Sequence record: SRR31156797_4117
Direction: 5' to 3' (one strand)
Length of the DNA: 37,920 bases
Shown: positions 29,271 through 36,258 of the stretch, one piece after another
Layout of the letters: each line of letters opens with the position of its first letter
How positions within the stretch are numbered: the first letter of the stretch is position 1
Program-made: the position numbers and the translations under genes
The notes under the pieces: generated by a model
Databases searched by the model: none
What the model was told of the DNA's origin: nothing
Seen by the model: only the letters and a program-made list of their open reading frames with translations

Positions 29271-29441
29271 TTAAACTGGAATCGGAAGGCAAATACCGAG
29301 GTCTATTACGCAGCCTTGCCCCTCAGGACAGCTTTGATCATCAATGCATTTTGGATCGTTTGGCCATTGACCACCTTTAATAACTTGTTGTTCTTTCTTA
29401 CTTAGTTTTTTTGCTTCAGTTAATTTTTCTAAATTTTTCAT
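29271..29441 (-). CDS. Double-glycine precursor peptide P7 (56 aa): core QWPNDPKCIDDQSCPEGQGCVIDLGICLPIPV
   Basis: Conserved leader; start reassigned from 29477. Confidence 0.9.
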   Translation of the reverse strand: MKNLEKLTEAKKLSKKEQQVIKGGQWPNDPKCIDDQSCPEGQGCVIDLGICLPIPV

Positions 29442-29466
29442 TTGGTAAAAAAATAATATGTTTTTC

Positions 29467-29498
29467 ATCTTGAACATCTACACCGTCAAGATTTCGGT
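29467..29498 (-). repeat. Intergenic RNA motif copy A (putative H-type pseudoknot), upstream of P7
   Basis: Minus strand ACCG-AA-ATCTTGA-CGGT-GTAGATGT-TCAAGAT. Confidence 0.65.
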
Positions 29499-29534
29499 TT
29501 TAATTTAAATGCAATATTATATCAGTATTCTTAA

Positions 29535-29711
29535 TTACATTCTGCTACACCAGTCTCTGCAATTGGGAGGAGCAACTCTTATGCAACGCTCATAAGTCAT
29601 ATATTGTAACCCCATATCGGCACAAGACATTGGTACTTCTCCACCTGCAACATTTACCTGTTCTTTTTTACTGAGGATTTTGATTCCAGTTAAATTTTCT
29701 AAATTTTTCAT
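29535..29711 (-). CDS. Double-glycine precursor peptide P6 (58 aa, not in ORF track): MKNLENLTGIKILSKKEQVNVAGG|EVPMSCADMGLQYMTYERCIRVAPPNCRDWCSRM
   Basis: Translated by hand; conserved leader, 4 Cys. Confidence 0.9.
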   Translation of the reverse strand: MKNLENLTGIKILSKKEQVNVAGGEVPMSCADMGLQYMTYERCIRVAPPNCRDWCSRM

Positions 29712-29733
29712 TTGGTAAAAATTATATGTTTTT

Positions 29734-29766
29734 AATCTTGAATATTTATACCGTCAAGATTTCGGT
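29734..29766 (-). repeat. Intergenic RNA motif copy B, upstream of P6
   Basis: Minus strand ACCG-AA-ATCTTGA-CGGT-ATAAATAT-TCAAGATT. Confidence 0.65.
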
Positions 29767-29785
29767 TATTGAAGTTTATAATATG

Positions 29786-29816
29786 ACAACAGTCTCAATC
29801 CATATGAGACTGTTGT
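29786..29816. repeat. 12-bp stem-loop just downstream of P5
   Basis: acaacagtctca-atccata-tgagactgttgt. Confidence 0.75.
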
Positions 29817-29824
29817 TTTATGTT

Positions 29825-30010
29825 TTAATCCATAGGAGTAAATGGATCGAAGCCGTTTGGGCATTTTTTACCAGCCTCCCATGGTGTAATAATTCCATCT
29901 ATTAGGCAAAATACCCCTACAGGTTTGAGTTCTCCAATACCACCTGTAATTTCTTTTTGTTCTTGTTTATTAAGAGTCTTTGCTTCAGTTAGGTTTTCTA
30001 AATTTTTCAT
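29825..30010 (-). CDS. Double-glycine precursor peptide P5 (61 aa): core IGELKPVGVFCLIDGIITPWEAGKKCPNGFDPFTPMD
   Basis: Conserved leader, 2 Cys. Confidence 0.88.
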   Translation of the reverse strand: MKNLENLTEAKTLNKQEQKEITGGIGELKPVGVFCLIDGIITPWEAGKKCPNGFDPFTPMD

Positions 30011-30037
30011 AGTATTAAAATTGAATTTTGAGTTATA

Positions 30038-30066
30038 CTTGAATATTATACCGTCAAGATTTCGGT
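30038..30066 (-). repeat. Intergenic RNA motif copy C, upstream of P5
   Basis: Minus strand ACCG-AA-ATCTTGA-CGGT-ATAATAT-TCAAG. Confidence 0.62.
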
Positions 30067-30071
30067 TTTAA

Positions 30072-30105
30072 TTCCTACCAATGAAATATATATCATTGGT
30101 AGGAA
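30072..30105. repeat. 13-bp stem-loop just downstream of P4
   Basis: ttcctaccaatga-aatatata-tcattggtaggaa. Confidence 0.75.
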
Positions 30106-30120
30106 AAGTTAGTTTTTTAG

Positions 30121-30267
30121 TTAGCCCTGGAAGTAACAATTAAATCCACTACAAGAAGCATCAGGATGACATTCAACGTAACATGGAGGAGTTGCGCCAC
30201 CTTTTATAGTTTGTTGCTGTTTTTTGTCAAGAGTTTTTACTCCGGTTAATTTTTCTAGGTTTTTCAT
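30121..30267 (-). CDS. Double-glycine precursor peptide P4 (48 aa, not in ORF track): MKNLEKLTGVKTLDKKQQQTIKGG|ATPPCYVECHPDASCSGFNCYFQG
   Basis: Translated by hand; conserved leader, 4 Cys. Confidence 0.9.
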   Translation of the reverse strand: MKNLEKLTGVKTLDKKQQQTIKGGATPPCYVECHPDASCSGFNCYFQG

Positions 30268-30318
30268 GGGAAATGATTTATATTTTATGAATATTTATGA
30301 AAAAATGTATTGTTTATC

Positions 30319-30474
30319 TTACTCAAGAAGGTATCTTTCACATGCACCGTTAATACAGGTCCACCCTGTTGGACATGTACCATCTGCATTACATTGTCTT
30401 TTCCCACCTTTAACATTTTGTTGTTCTTTTTTACCAAGAGTTTTGGCTCCCTTTAAGTTTTCTAAATTTTTCAT
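30319..30474 (-). CDS. Double-glycine precursor peptide P3 (51 aa, not in ORF track): MKNLENLKGAKTLGKKEQQNVKGG|KRQCNADGTCPTGWTCINGACERYLLE
   Basis: Translated by hand; conserved leader, 4 Cys. Confidence 0.9.
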   Translation of the reverse strand: MKNLENLKGAKTLGKKEQQNVKGGKRQCNADGTCPTGWTCINGACERYLLE

Positions 30475-30502
30475 TTGTATGAATTTAAAATGTAGTTTTT
30501 TA

Positions 30503-30535
30503 TCCTGAACTATTTAAAACTGTCAGGAAATCAGT
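30503..30535 (-). repeat. Intergenic RNA motif copy D (compensatory variant), upstream of P3
   Basis: Minus strand ACTG-ATT-TCCTGA-CAGT-TTTAAATAGT-TCAGGA. Confidence 0.62.
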
Positions 30536-30554
30536 ATTATTTAATTGGGTGTAT

Positions 30555-30707
30555 TTACTCTATACTGTATTGACAAACACCATTTATACATTGCATTAAA
30601 CCAGGGCAAGAGTAATCAGGTCTACAATCTATTTGACCACCTTTTATCGCTTGCTGTTCTTGCTTACTAAGAGTTTTAGCTTTAGTGAATTCTTTTAAAT
30701 TGTTCAT
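30555..30707 (-). CDS. Double-glycine precursor peptide P2 (50 aa, not in ORF track): MNNLKEFTKAKTLSKQEQQAIKGG|QIDCRPDYSCPGLMQCINGVCQYSIE
   Basis: Translated by hand; conserved leader, 4 Cys. Confidence 0.9.
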   Translation of the reverse strand: MNNLKEFTKAKTLSKQEQQAIKGGQIDCRPDYSCPGLMQCINGVCQYSIE

Positions 30708-30724
30708 AGGGTTTTATTGTTAAT

Positions 30725-30970
30725 TTATAAATTAGGATCAATGTGTATTGGTCCTTCTGGACTTCCACCGTTATTTCCACCACCTCCACTGCCAGAGTTA
30801 GGGTTGTCAGGAACACAAGTTCCATTTTCACAGTGCTGTCCGGTTGGACAATAGCCAACTCCATCTTCCATTTGACATGCTGATGGGATGTATGGCAAAC
30901 CACCTTTTACATTTTGTTGTTCTTTTTTCGTTAAAGTTTTAGTTCCTGTTAGATTTTTTAAATTTTTCAT
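30725..30970 (-). CDS. Double-glycine precursor peptide P1 (81 aa): core LPYIPSACQMEDGVGYCPTGQHCENGTCVPDNPNSGSGGGGNNGGSPEGPIHIDPNL
   Basis: Conserved leader, 4 Cys, Gly-rich tail. Confidence 0.9.
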   Translation of the reverse strand: MKNLKNLTGTKTLTKKEQQNVKGGLPYIPSACQMEDGVGYCPTGQHCENGTCVPDNPNSGSGGGGNNGGSPEGPIHIDPNL

Positions 30971-31015
30971 TTTCTAAATGTTAAATTTGATTCCCGAAAT
31001 ATTCAGGAATAGAGA

Positions 31016-32614
31016 TTATTGAATTAATGCAGTATTCTGCATCTGAATTTGTTCTTCAGTTAAATTTTCGATAAAATATTGCAAGTCTTCAAAATCATAT
31101 TCTTTTGGATATGATCTTCCATTAATCAATACTTCGGGAGTAAATAGAATTTGATTTTGCGTGCACCATTCTTTTTCTTTCTCGAGTACATCATAGATGT
31201 TTATGTTATTGCACTTACCGTATGTCTCTATCCATTTTAAAGGTGAGAGAATTTCATATGCGTCATTCATTGCTTGCATGCAGGCAGTTTGACCTTTTGT
31301 TTTAAATATTTCGATAAGTTTTGCTGCTATTTGGGTATCCGAATTTTCTTTCTTGTTCGATAAGTTAAATCGAACAGTAATTTTAATATCAGATGATTTT
31401 TCTAGTGCTTGATGTATTATTTTGTGTGAATTTTTACAAAAGCTACATAATGGATTTGTGATGATAACAATCTCAAGGTTGGCATTAGAATTTCCAAAGG
31501 TAATTTCATTAATAGTTGAAATTTGAGTATCTAACTTCGTTGATCTATAATGTAATGCGTTAAAAATTTCAAAATTCCTTTTGAATTTGTTGTGTTGAAT
31601 TTTTAGATCAAATATCTGCTTGTTTTCTTGTAGCTTTGGTGAAATAAAGAACCAAAAACTTGTTGAAACAAATAAAGTAAATAGTAGTATTGGTATTGTA
31701 TTTATTGATATTTGAAGAAATTCTGCTGAACTTATATTGAGGAAAGAAATTGTAGCTTGAAGAATAAGAATACCAACAGTAGACAGGCAAAGTAAGCACC
31801 ATTTTTTAACAATTAATGCTTGGTAAATAATGGAATAGATTGTAAACGGTAAGGCTAGAATACTTATTTGATGAAGCAATTTAAAATCAATTGATTTAAA
31901 AGTTATGGCAAATGAAAGAGCTGTAATGAATAAGAAATAAATCATACCTAAATCACTTAATCTTAGAATGCCAAGGATTTTTCCACCTTTGGAATTCATT
32001 ACATCAGTACAGCTCAGTTTTTTATTATTACCCGAGCATATTTTGTTCAGAAGGGAAGAGTTTTCTCCTAGTTCGTGTTGGAATATTAAAGCACAAACAT
32101 AAATTGCTATAGCACTGAGAAGAAAGTGTATGCTCTCATATAATTTCTGATTTAAGATGATAAATGTTGCTACAATGAGTAAGGGACTTAATGTGACAAA
32201 TAATTTCTTGAAATTATAAGGTTGGGATTGTTTGTCATATTCGTCAATATCAATACCCAAAACAACACCCGTCCAAACGATTATAAATTCAGAATAGGTA
32301 AGGAATTTATATTTCCTGCCGTTTTCACTCATTTTCAAACCATCTTTGTGTTTGCATATTAACACAAAGTTATCTCCTGTCTGATCATTGATATGAGCGA
32401 TAAAGTGGTCGGGTAAAAAATTTATATTTTCTTCCGATTTTGGAATCTCTAAGGCCAAATTTGGAATATTGAAATGGTCTAGAACTCCAGTTAATGAATT
32501 TAAGCTTGGATAGGTAGGGTGACCGAATAGTTGAAGGCGAAGTTCGTCATTATCAACTTTAATTTTATTCTTAACTAATAATCCTTCAAGAATTAGGAAT
32601 AAATTTTCATTCAT
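31016..32614 (-). CDS. Vitamin K epoxide reductase (VKOR) family protein with N-terminal degenerate peptidase-C39-like domain and C-terminal thioredoxin/DsbA-like domain
   Basis: HPTYPSLNSL..LPDHFIAHI..NFVLI..WTGVVL (C39-like); loop Cys pair CSGNNKKLSC plus VMNS and WCLLC (VKOR); NPLCSFC and FTPEVLING (thioredoxin fold). Confidence 0.85.
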   Translation of the reverse strand: MNENLFLILEGLLVKNKIKVDNDELRLQLFGHPTYPSLNSLTGVLDHFNIPNLALEIPKSEENINFLPDHFIAHINDQTGDNFVLICKHKDGLKMSENGRKYKFLTYSEFIIVWTGVVLGIDIDEYDKQSQPYNFKKLFVTLSPLLIVATFIILNQKLYESIHFLLSAIAIYVCALIFQHELGENSSLLNKICSGNNKKLSCTDVMNSKGGKILGILRLSDLGMIYFLFITALSFAITFKSIDFKLLHQISILALPFTIYSIIYQALIVKKWCLLCLSTVGILILQATISFLNISSAEFLQISINTIPILLFTLFVSTSFWFFISPKLQENKQIFDLKIQHNKFKRNFEIFNALHYRSTKLDTQISTINEITFGNSNANLEIVIITNPLCSFCKNSHKIIHQALEKSSDIKITVRFNLSNKKENSDTQIAAKLIEIFKTKGQTACMQAMNDAYEILSPLKWIETYGKCNNINIYDVLEKEKEWCTQNQILFTPEVLINGRSYPKEYDFEDLQYFIENLTEEQIQMQNTALIQ

Positions 32615-33308
32615 AACAGTATTAAATATTAGGTAGGTGTATTTTGGGTAAAAACAGAAACTAATTTATCATCAATTTTCAATTCAAAAACATGAATTAT
32701 ATGCTTCTAAGTTAATTGATTTGATACATTGTTGTAAAACGATTAAAACCTTTCCGGTGTTAGGTATTACAGTAGATATAATGTTTTTTTTGGAATGGTA
32801 TTGTTCTATGCTCTGGAAAGAATGGAAGTATAGTTTGTAGTACATAAAAGTAGTGTTTTGTCTTTGTTTATTTATAGTCGTCAGGAACTAATTTATGAAA
32901 AATTTATTTTACTAGCACAATTTATTTGATATAAAAAAACGCATAAAAAAACATTTGTCAGTAAAAATAAGGGTTTTAGAGTAATAAAAATGACATTTGC
33001 ATATAATGTATTGCAATGTCAAATGTTTGGATTAATATTTGTAATTAAACAATATTACTATTGATCAAAATAGTTGGTTGTTGTAGGCGAGTAGTTCTGG
33101 TTTTGCTGTGTGTATAGTGAACAAAAAATGATTGATTATATGAGTGAATACAATTGTAGAGAGTAAATAATAATGTGGAATGATATTATTGGTGTGGCAA
33201 AATAGTTGTGAAAATTAAGCTTCATTTTATTTAGATAATGATATAATCATTTCCAAATAAAAATCTATTAGAATTAAAATTATCATGTGTATGAAATACC
33301 ATTGTATT

Positions 33309-34886
33309 TTAAACTAAAATACTGGATTTTCTATTTTCAAGCTTTAAATGGTCTTCATCCGAATGTGAGGTGGGAATAGTAAAATAAAATAAACTACCTC
33401 TTTGTAATAGAGATTGCAAATGAATTTCTCCACCAAGTTTTTCAACAAGACCTTTAACGATGGATAAACCTAATCCTGTTCCTCCATAAATTCGATCTGC
33501 ATTCTGTTCAACTTGTGAAAAACGGTTGAATATTGATTTGTGATAGGCTTCAGGAATGCCAATGCCAGTATCTTTTATGTAAAAAGTAAGTAATCCGTTT
33601 GCTTCAACTTTAAGGTCTACTTTGATATAGCCTTTATCCGTAAATTTAAAGGCATTATTAACAAGATTTATAATTACTTGTTTTAATTTTCCTTTATCTG
33701 TAAAGAGGATAATATTATTAAATTTTTCTGTGTTTGGTAATTTCAATTCTAGATGAGCTTTATCATATCTTTTTTGAATTTCGCAAAAAGTAGGAGTTAA
33801 TTCTGTTATGAGATCATTTAAAAGAAATTGCTCTGTGCTTAGTGCGATGTTTTCAGATTCAATTTTAGATATATCTAATAAGTCACTGATAATGTAAAGC
33901 AAATCTTTCCCTCTTTGACTTATTATATTAGTATATTCACTTAGTTTGTTTTTGTTGTTAAATTCTTGTGGTAAGAGTGAAGAAAAACCTAGAATTGCGT
34001 TCATTGGTGTTCGTATTTCATGACTCATATTTTGAAGAAATATAGTTTTTAAACGATCACTTTCAATTGCTTTTTGGTTAGCGACAATTAGTTTATTGTT
34101 TTGTTCTTTTAAGATAGCTTCACTTTGGATAACTTTTCTCTGAGATTGATTTCTTTGCTTCACAACTAGTAACATTCTTCGATAAGACAAGCTTCCAATT
34201 ATGAGAAGTAAAAGGTAAATGATAGAGTGCGTAAGAATTAAATTGTTGATTTTTACTTTTAAAATTTCCTTATATTTTTTCATTGGAATGGCAACACTTA
34301 TTCCTCCCCGGATATCTCCAATTTTGTATCCCTGATTAGCATGACATTTAAGACATGAATTCTCTATTACTAATGGCTTCATGTATCTCAAATGATTTTC
34401 ATTATTAATATTTTCAATACTTGAATATTCTTGTTTTCCGTCCTGAAACATTTTAAGAGCATTGTTTTCCCATTCATCTGCTTTGTTTTTAGGGTTTAAT
34501 GGATGTAAACTGGTAATATGCCCTTTTTCGCCATACTGAACGGCACCTATCTGAAATACAAGTCGGGTCATGTATGCAGGATTAATTAAGGTAAGTTTTT
34601 GTCCAGTATTGGTAGTTATATTTCTTTCCTTAACAAACTCCAGGTATGGGTTGGGAACTATAGAATCGGTTATTGGTACATAAACACCTCCGTGCATGGA
34701 TGCCCACTTGCGAAAGGTGAGATCTTTATTGTAATTACCTATAGCTTCAACTTTAGCTAATTCATAGGTGGTTTTTTTTTCATTTGATATATTCCATAAC
34801 AAAGATGATACAATCAGAATGGTAAATCCAACAATCATTGATATGAAAAATTGCTTGAAATATTTTATTTCCTTACTCATAGTCAA
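33309..34886 (-). CDS. Sensor histidine kinase with periplasmic DUF3365/Tll0287-like c-type heme domain
   Basis: HGGVYVP, LINPAYMTR, CLKCH heme motif, GDIRGGISV; MSHEIRTPMN, NAFKFT, GTGLGL. Confidence 0.9.
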   Translation of the reverse strand: MTMSKEIKYFKQFFISMIVGFTILIVSSLLWNISNEKKTTYELAKVEAIGNYNKDLTFRKWASMHGGVYVPITDSIVPNPYLEFVKERNITTNTGQKLTLINPAYMTRLVFQIGAVQYGEKGHITSLHPLNPKNKADEWENNALKMFQDGKQEYSSIENINNENHLRYMKPLVIENSCLKCHANQGYKIGDIRGGISVAIPMKKYKEILKVKINNLILTHSIIYLLLLIIGSLSYRRMLLVVKQRNQSQRKVIQSEAILKEQNNKLIVANQKAIESDRLKTIFLQNMSHEIRTPMNAILGFSSLLPQEFNNKNKLSEYTNIISQRGKDLLYIISDLLDISKIESENIALSTEQFLLNDLITELTPTFCEIQKRYDKAHLELKLPNTEKFNNIILFTDKGKLKQVIINLVNNAFKFTDKGYIKVDLKVEANGLLTFYIKDTGIGIPEAYHKSIFNRFSQVEQNADRIYGGTGLGLSIVKGLVEKLGGEIHLQSLLQRGSLFYFTIPTSHSDEDHLKLENRKSSILV

Positions 34887-35067
34887 TATTTAGTAGTAGT
34901 CTTTTGTATATCTGTTAATACGGCTAAGTAAATTGATATGCAAATTCAATAAATAAAAGTTATGATATAAGTTAATGAAATTTATTAGTAAGCAAAAATT
35001 ATTTAATGTGTTTTATTTCACTAGTAATGAGAGATTTTGTTTTTCACAAAGGAAAGCGCAATGTTAA

Positions 35068-35355
35068 TTATTCTGGATGAGATAAGCTCCAAGCTTTGGG
35101 TTTGGCTGAGAACCATGCTTTAACTTGTGACCAATTTCCTCTAAAAAAATCCGATTTCCGATAATGATTTAAAGCGTTTTCTGATTCCCAATGACTTCGT
35201 GTGAAAAATATTGAGGGATTCGAAATATCTTGTAATATTTCAAGATGTGAACAGCCATTAAACGCTAATATATCAGATTTTTCATTTTTGGTTAGCTGTT
35301 TAAAATCATCAATGTGATTAGCTAGGATCTCAAGTTTTACGAATCTAATAATCAT
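35068..35355 (-). CDS. Antibiotic biosynthesis monooxygenase (putative quinol monooxygenase) family protein
   Basis: MIIRFVKL, GCSHLEILQD, FFTRSHWESENALNHYRKS, KPKAWSL. Confidence 0.85.
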   Translation of the reverse strand: MIIRFVKLEILANHIDDFKQLTKNEKSDILAFNGCSHLEILQDISNPSIFFTRSHWESENALNHYRKSDFFRGNWSQVKAWFSAKPKAWSLSHPE

Positions 35356-36133
35356 GGAATTTTATTCTGATATCTGAATTGGTTTCTAACTGTAAAAGTT
35401 CTGCTAAGTTACCTTTGTTTATGGCTATTTCCAATAATCCTGAAGAATTGAATAAAGCCAATAATTCACCATCTGAAGTTTCGTTATAATCTTTATTAAT
35501 TTTTGTAATTCTATAATGATTGCTCTGAACCAAAATCTCGAATTTACGATTGTCGCAAGCCGATGTAAATAATTCCTCTGAAACATTGGTTGTAATGTTT
35601 CCATTTGAATCAATATAAATGGCTTGCCCTGTAATGGTTCCTTTCTGAATGGTAGCACGTATTGGAACCAATCGATACAAATCTTCCTGAGTAGAACCTA
35701 ATGATTTTATTCCTCCTGAATTTATAATTTCAGCAGCAGCTTTTACAAATACATTCATTTCGGGAAAAGTGTGATATCTTTCCTCTTTTTTAATATTTTC
35801 GATTCGAACAATTTGCTCAGGTTCTCCTTTCAAGGCAAGACTAAAAATACCGTTATCAGCGCCAATAAAATAATGTCCTTTGTGTTTTATAGCCACATGT
35901 TTATGCTGAGAAGTAGCTTCGGAATTGACACCCAAAATATGAATGCTTCCTTCAGGAAAATGGTGATAGGCATTTTTTAAGATGAATGCTGCTTGAGAGA
36001 TGTTGTAGTTTTGAATGTTGTGACTTAAATCGATTAATTGCGATCCTGGGCAGAGAGATAAAAGTCGCCCTTTTAATGCTCCTAAATAATAATCCTGATG
36101 ATGAAGATCGGTGGTTAAACTGATTACGGTCAT
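35345..36133 (-). CDS. SAM hydrolase / SAM-dependent halogenase family (DUF62) protein
   Basis: ISLTTD, IDLSHNI, FPEGSIH, FIGADNG, YIDSNGNITTN, LEIAINKG. Confidence 0.88.
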   Translation of the reverse strand: MTVISLTTDLHHQDYYLGALKGRLLSLCPGSQLIDLSHNIQNYNISQAAFILKNAYHHFPEGSIHILGVNSEATSQHKHVAIKHKGHYFIGADNGIFSLALKGEPEQIVRIENIKKEERYHTFPEMNVFVKAAAEIINSGGIKSLGSTQEDLYRLVPIRATIQKGTITGQAIYIDSNGNITTNVSEELFTSACDNRKFEILVQSNHYRITKINKDYNETSDGELLALFNSSGLLEIAINKGNLAELLQLETNSDIRIKFHDY

Positions 36134-36258
36134 AAGTAAGTTCCTTTATGGTGATATTAGGTGACAAAAAACTAAATTTTCTTCTTTTTCTTTGCCTGAC
36201 AAATCAGAATTAATAACTAATTTGTGTGCTCAAAAGTAATGATTATTGAAACAAATTT

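Noticed and set aside
29442-29477. N-terminal extensions of P7 (and of P9, 28955-28984) in the ORF track
   Set aside because: Leader alignment places the starts at MKNL; the extensions overlap the UTR motif
29467-30070. Regularly spaced ccgtcaagatttcggtt repeats as a CRISPR array or attC sites
   Set aside because: Spacing is about 270-300 nt with coding content between copies; no cas or integrase gene; no attC GTTRRRY/RYYYAAC architecture
30224-30508. 94-aa plus-strand ORF, also 28711-28893 (+) and 30682-30903 (-)
   Set aside because: Antisense or off-frame shadows of the real precursor genes
28799-30970. Precursors as lanthipeptides, sactipeptides or ranthipeptides
   Set aside because: No LanB/C/M or radical SAM gene in the window; even Cys counts and the adjacent VKOR/thioredoxin favour disulfides (trans-acting enzymes not excluded)
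32684-32845. 53-aa minus-strand ORF (MYYKLYFHSF...) upstream of the VKOR fusion
   Set aside because: No leader similarity or motif; plausible by chance in AT-rich DNA
35345-36133. Fluorinase/chlorinase as a tailoring enzyme for the peptides
   Set aside because: DUF62 next to ABM, phoH and purC looks like the conserved Bacteroidota core neighbourhood; no evidence of a link to the array
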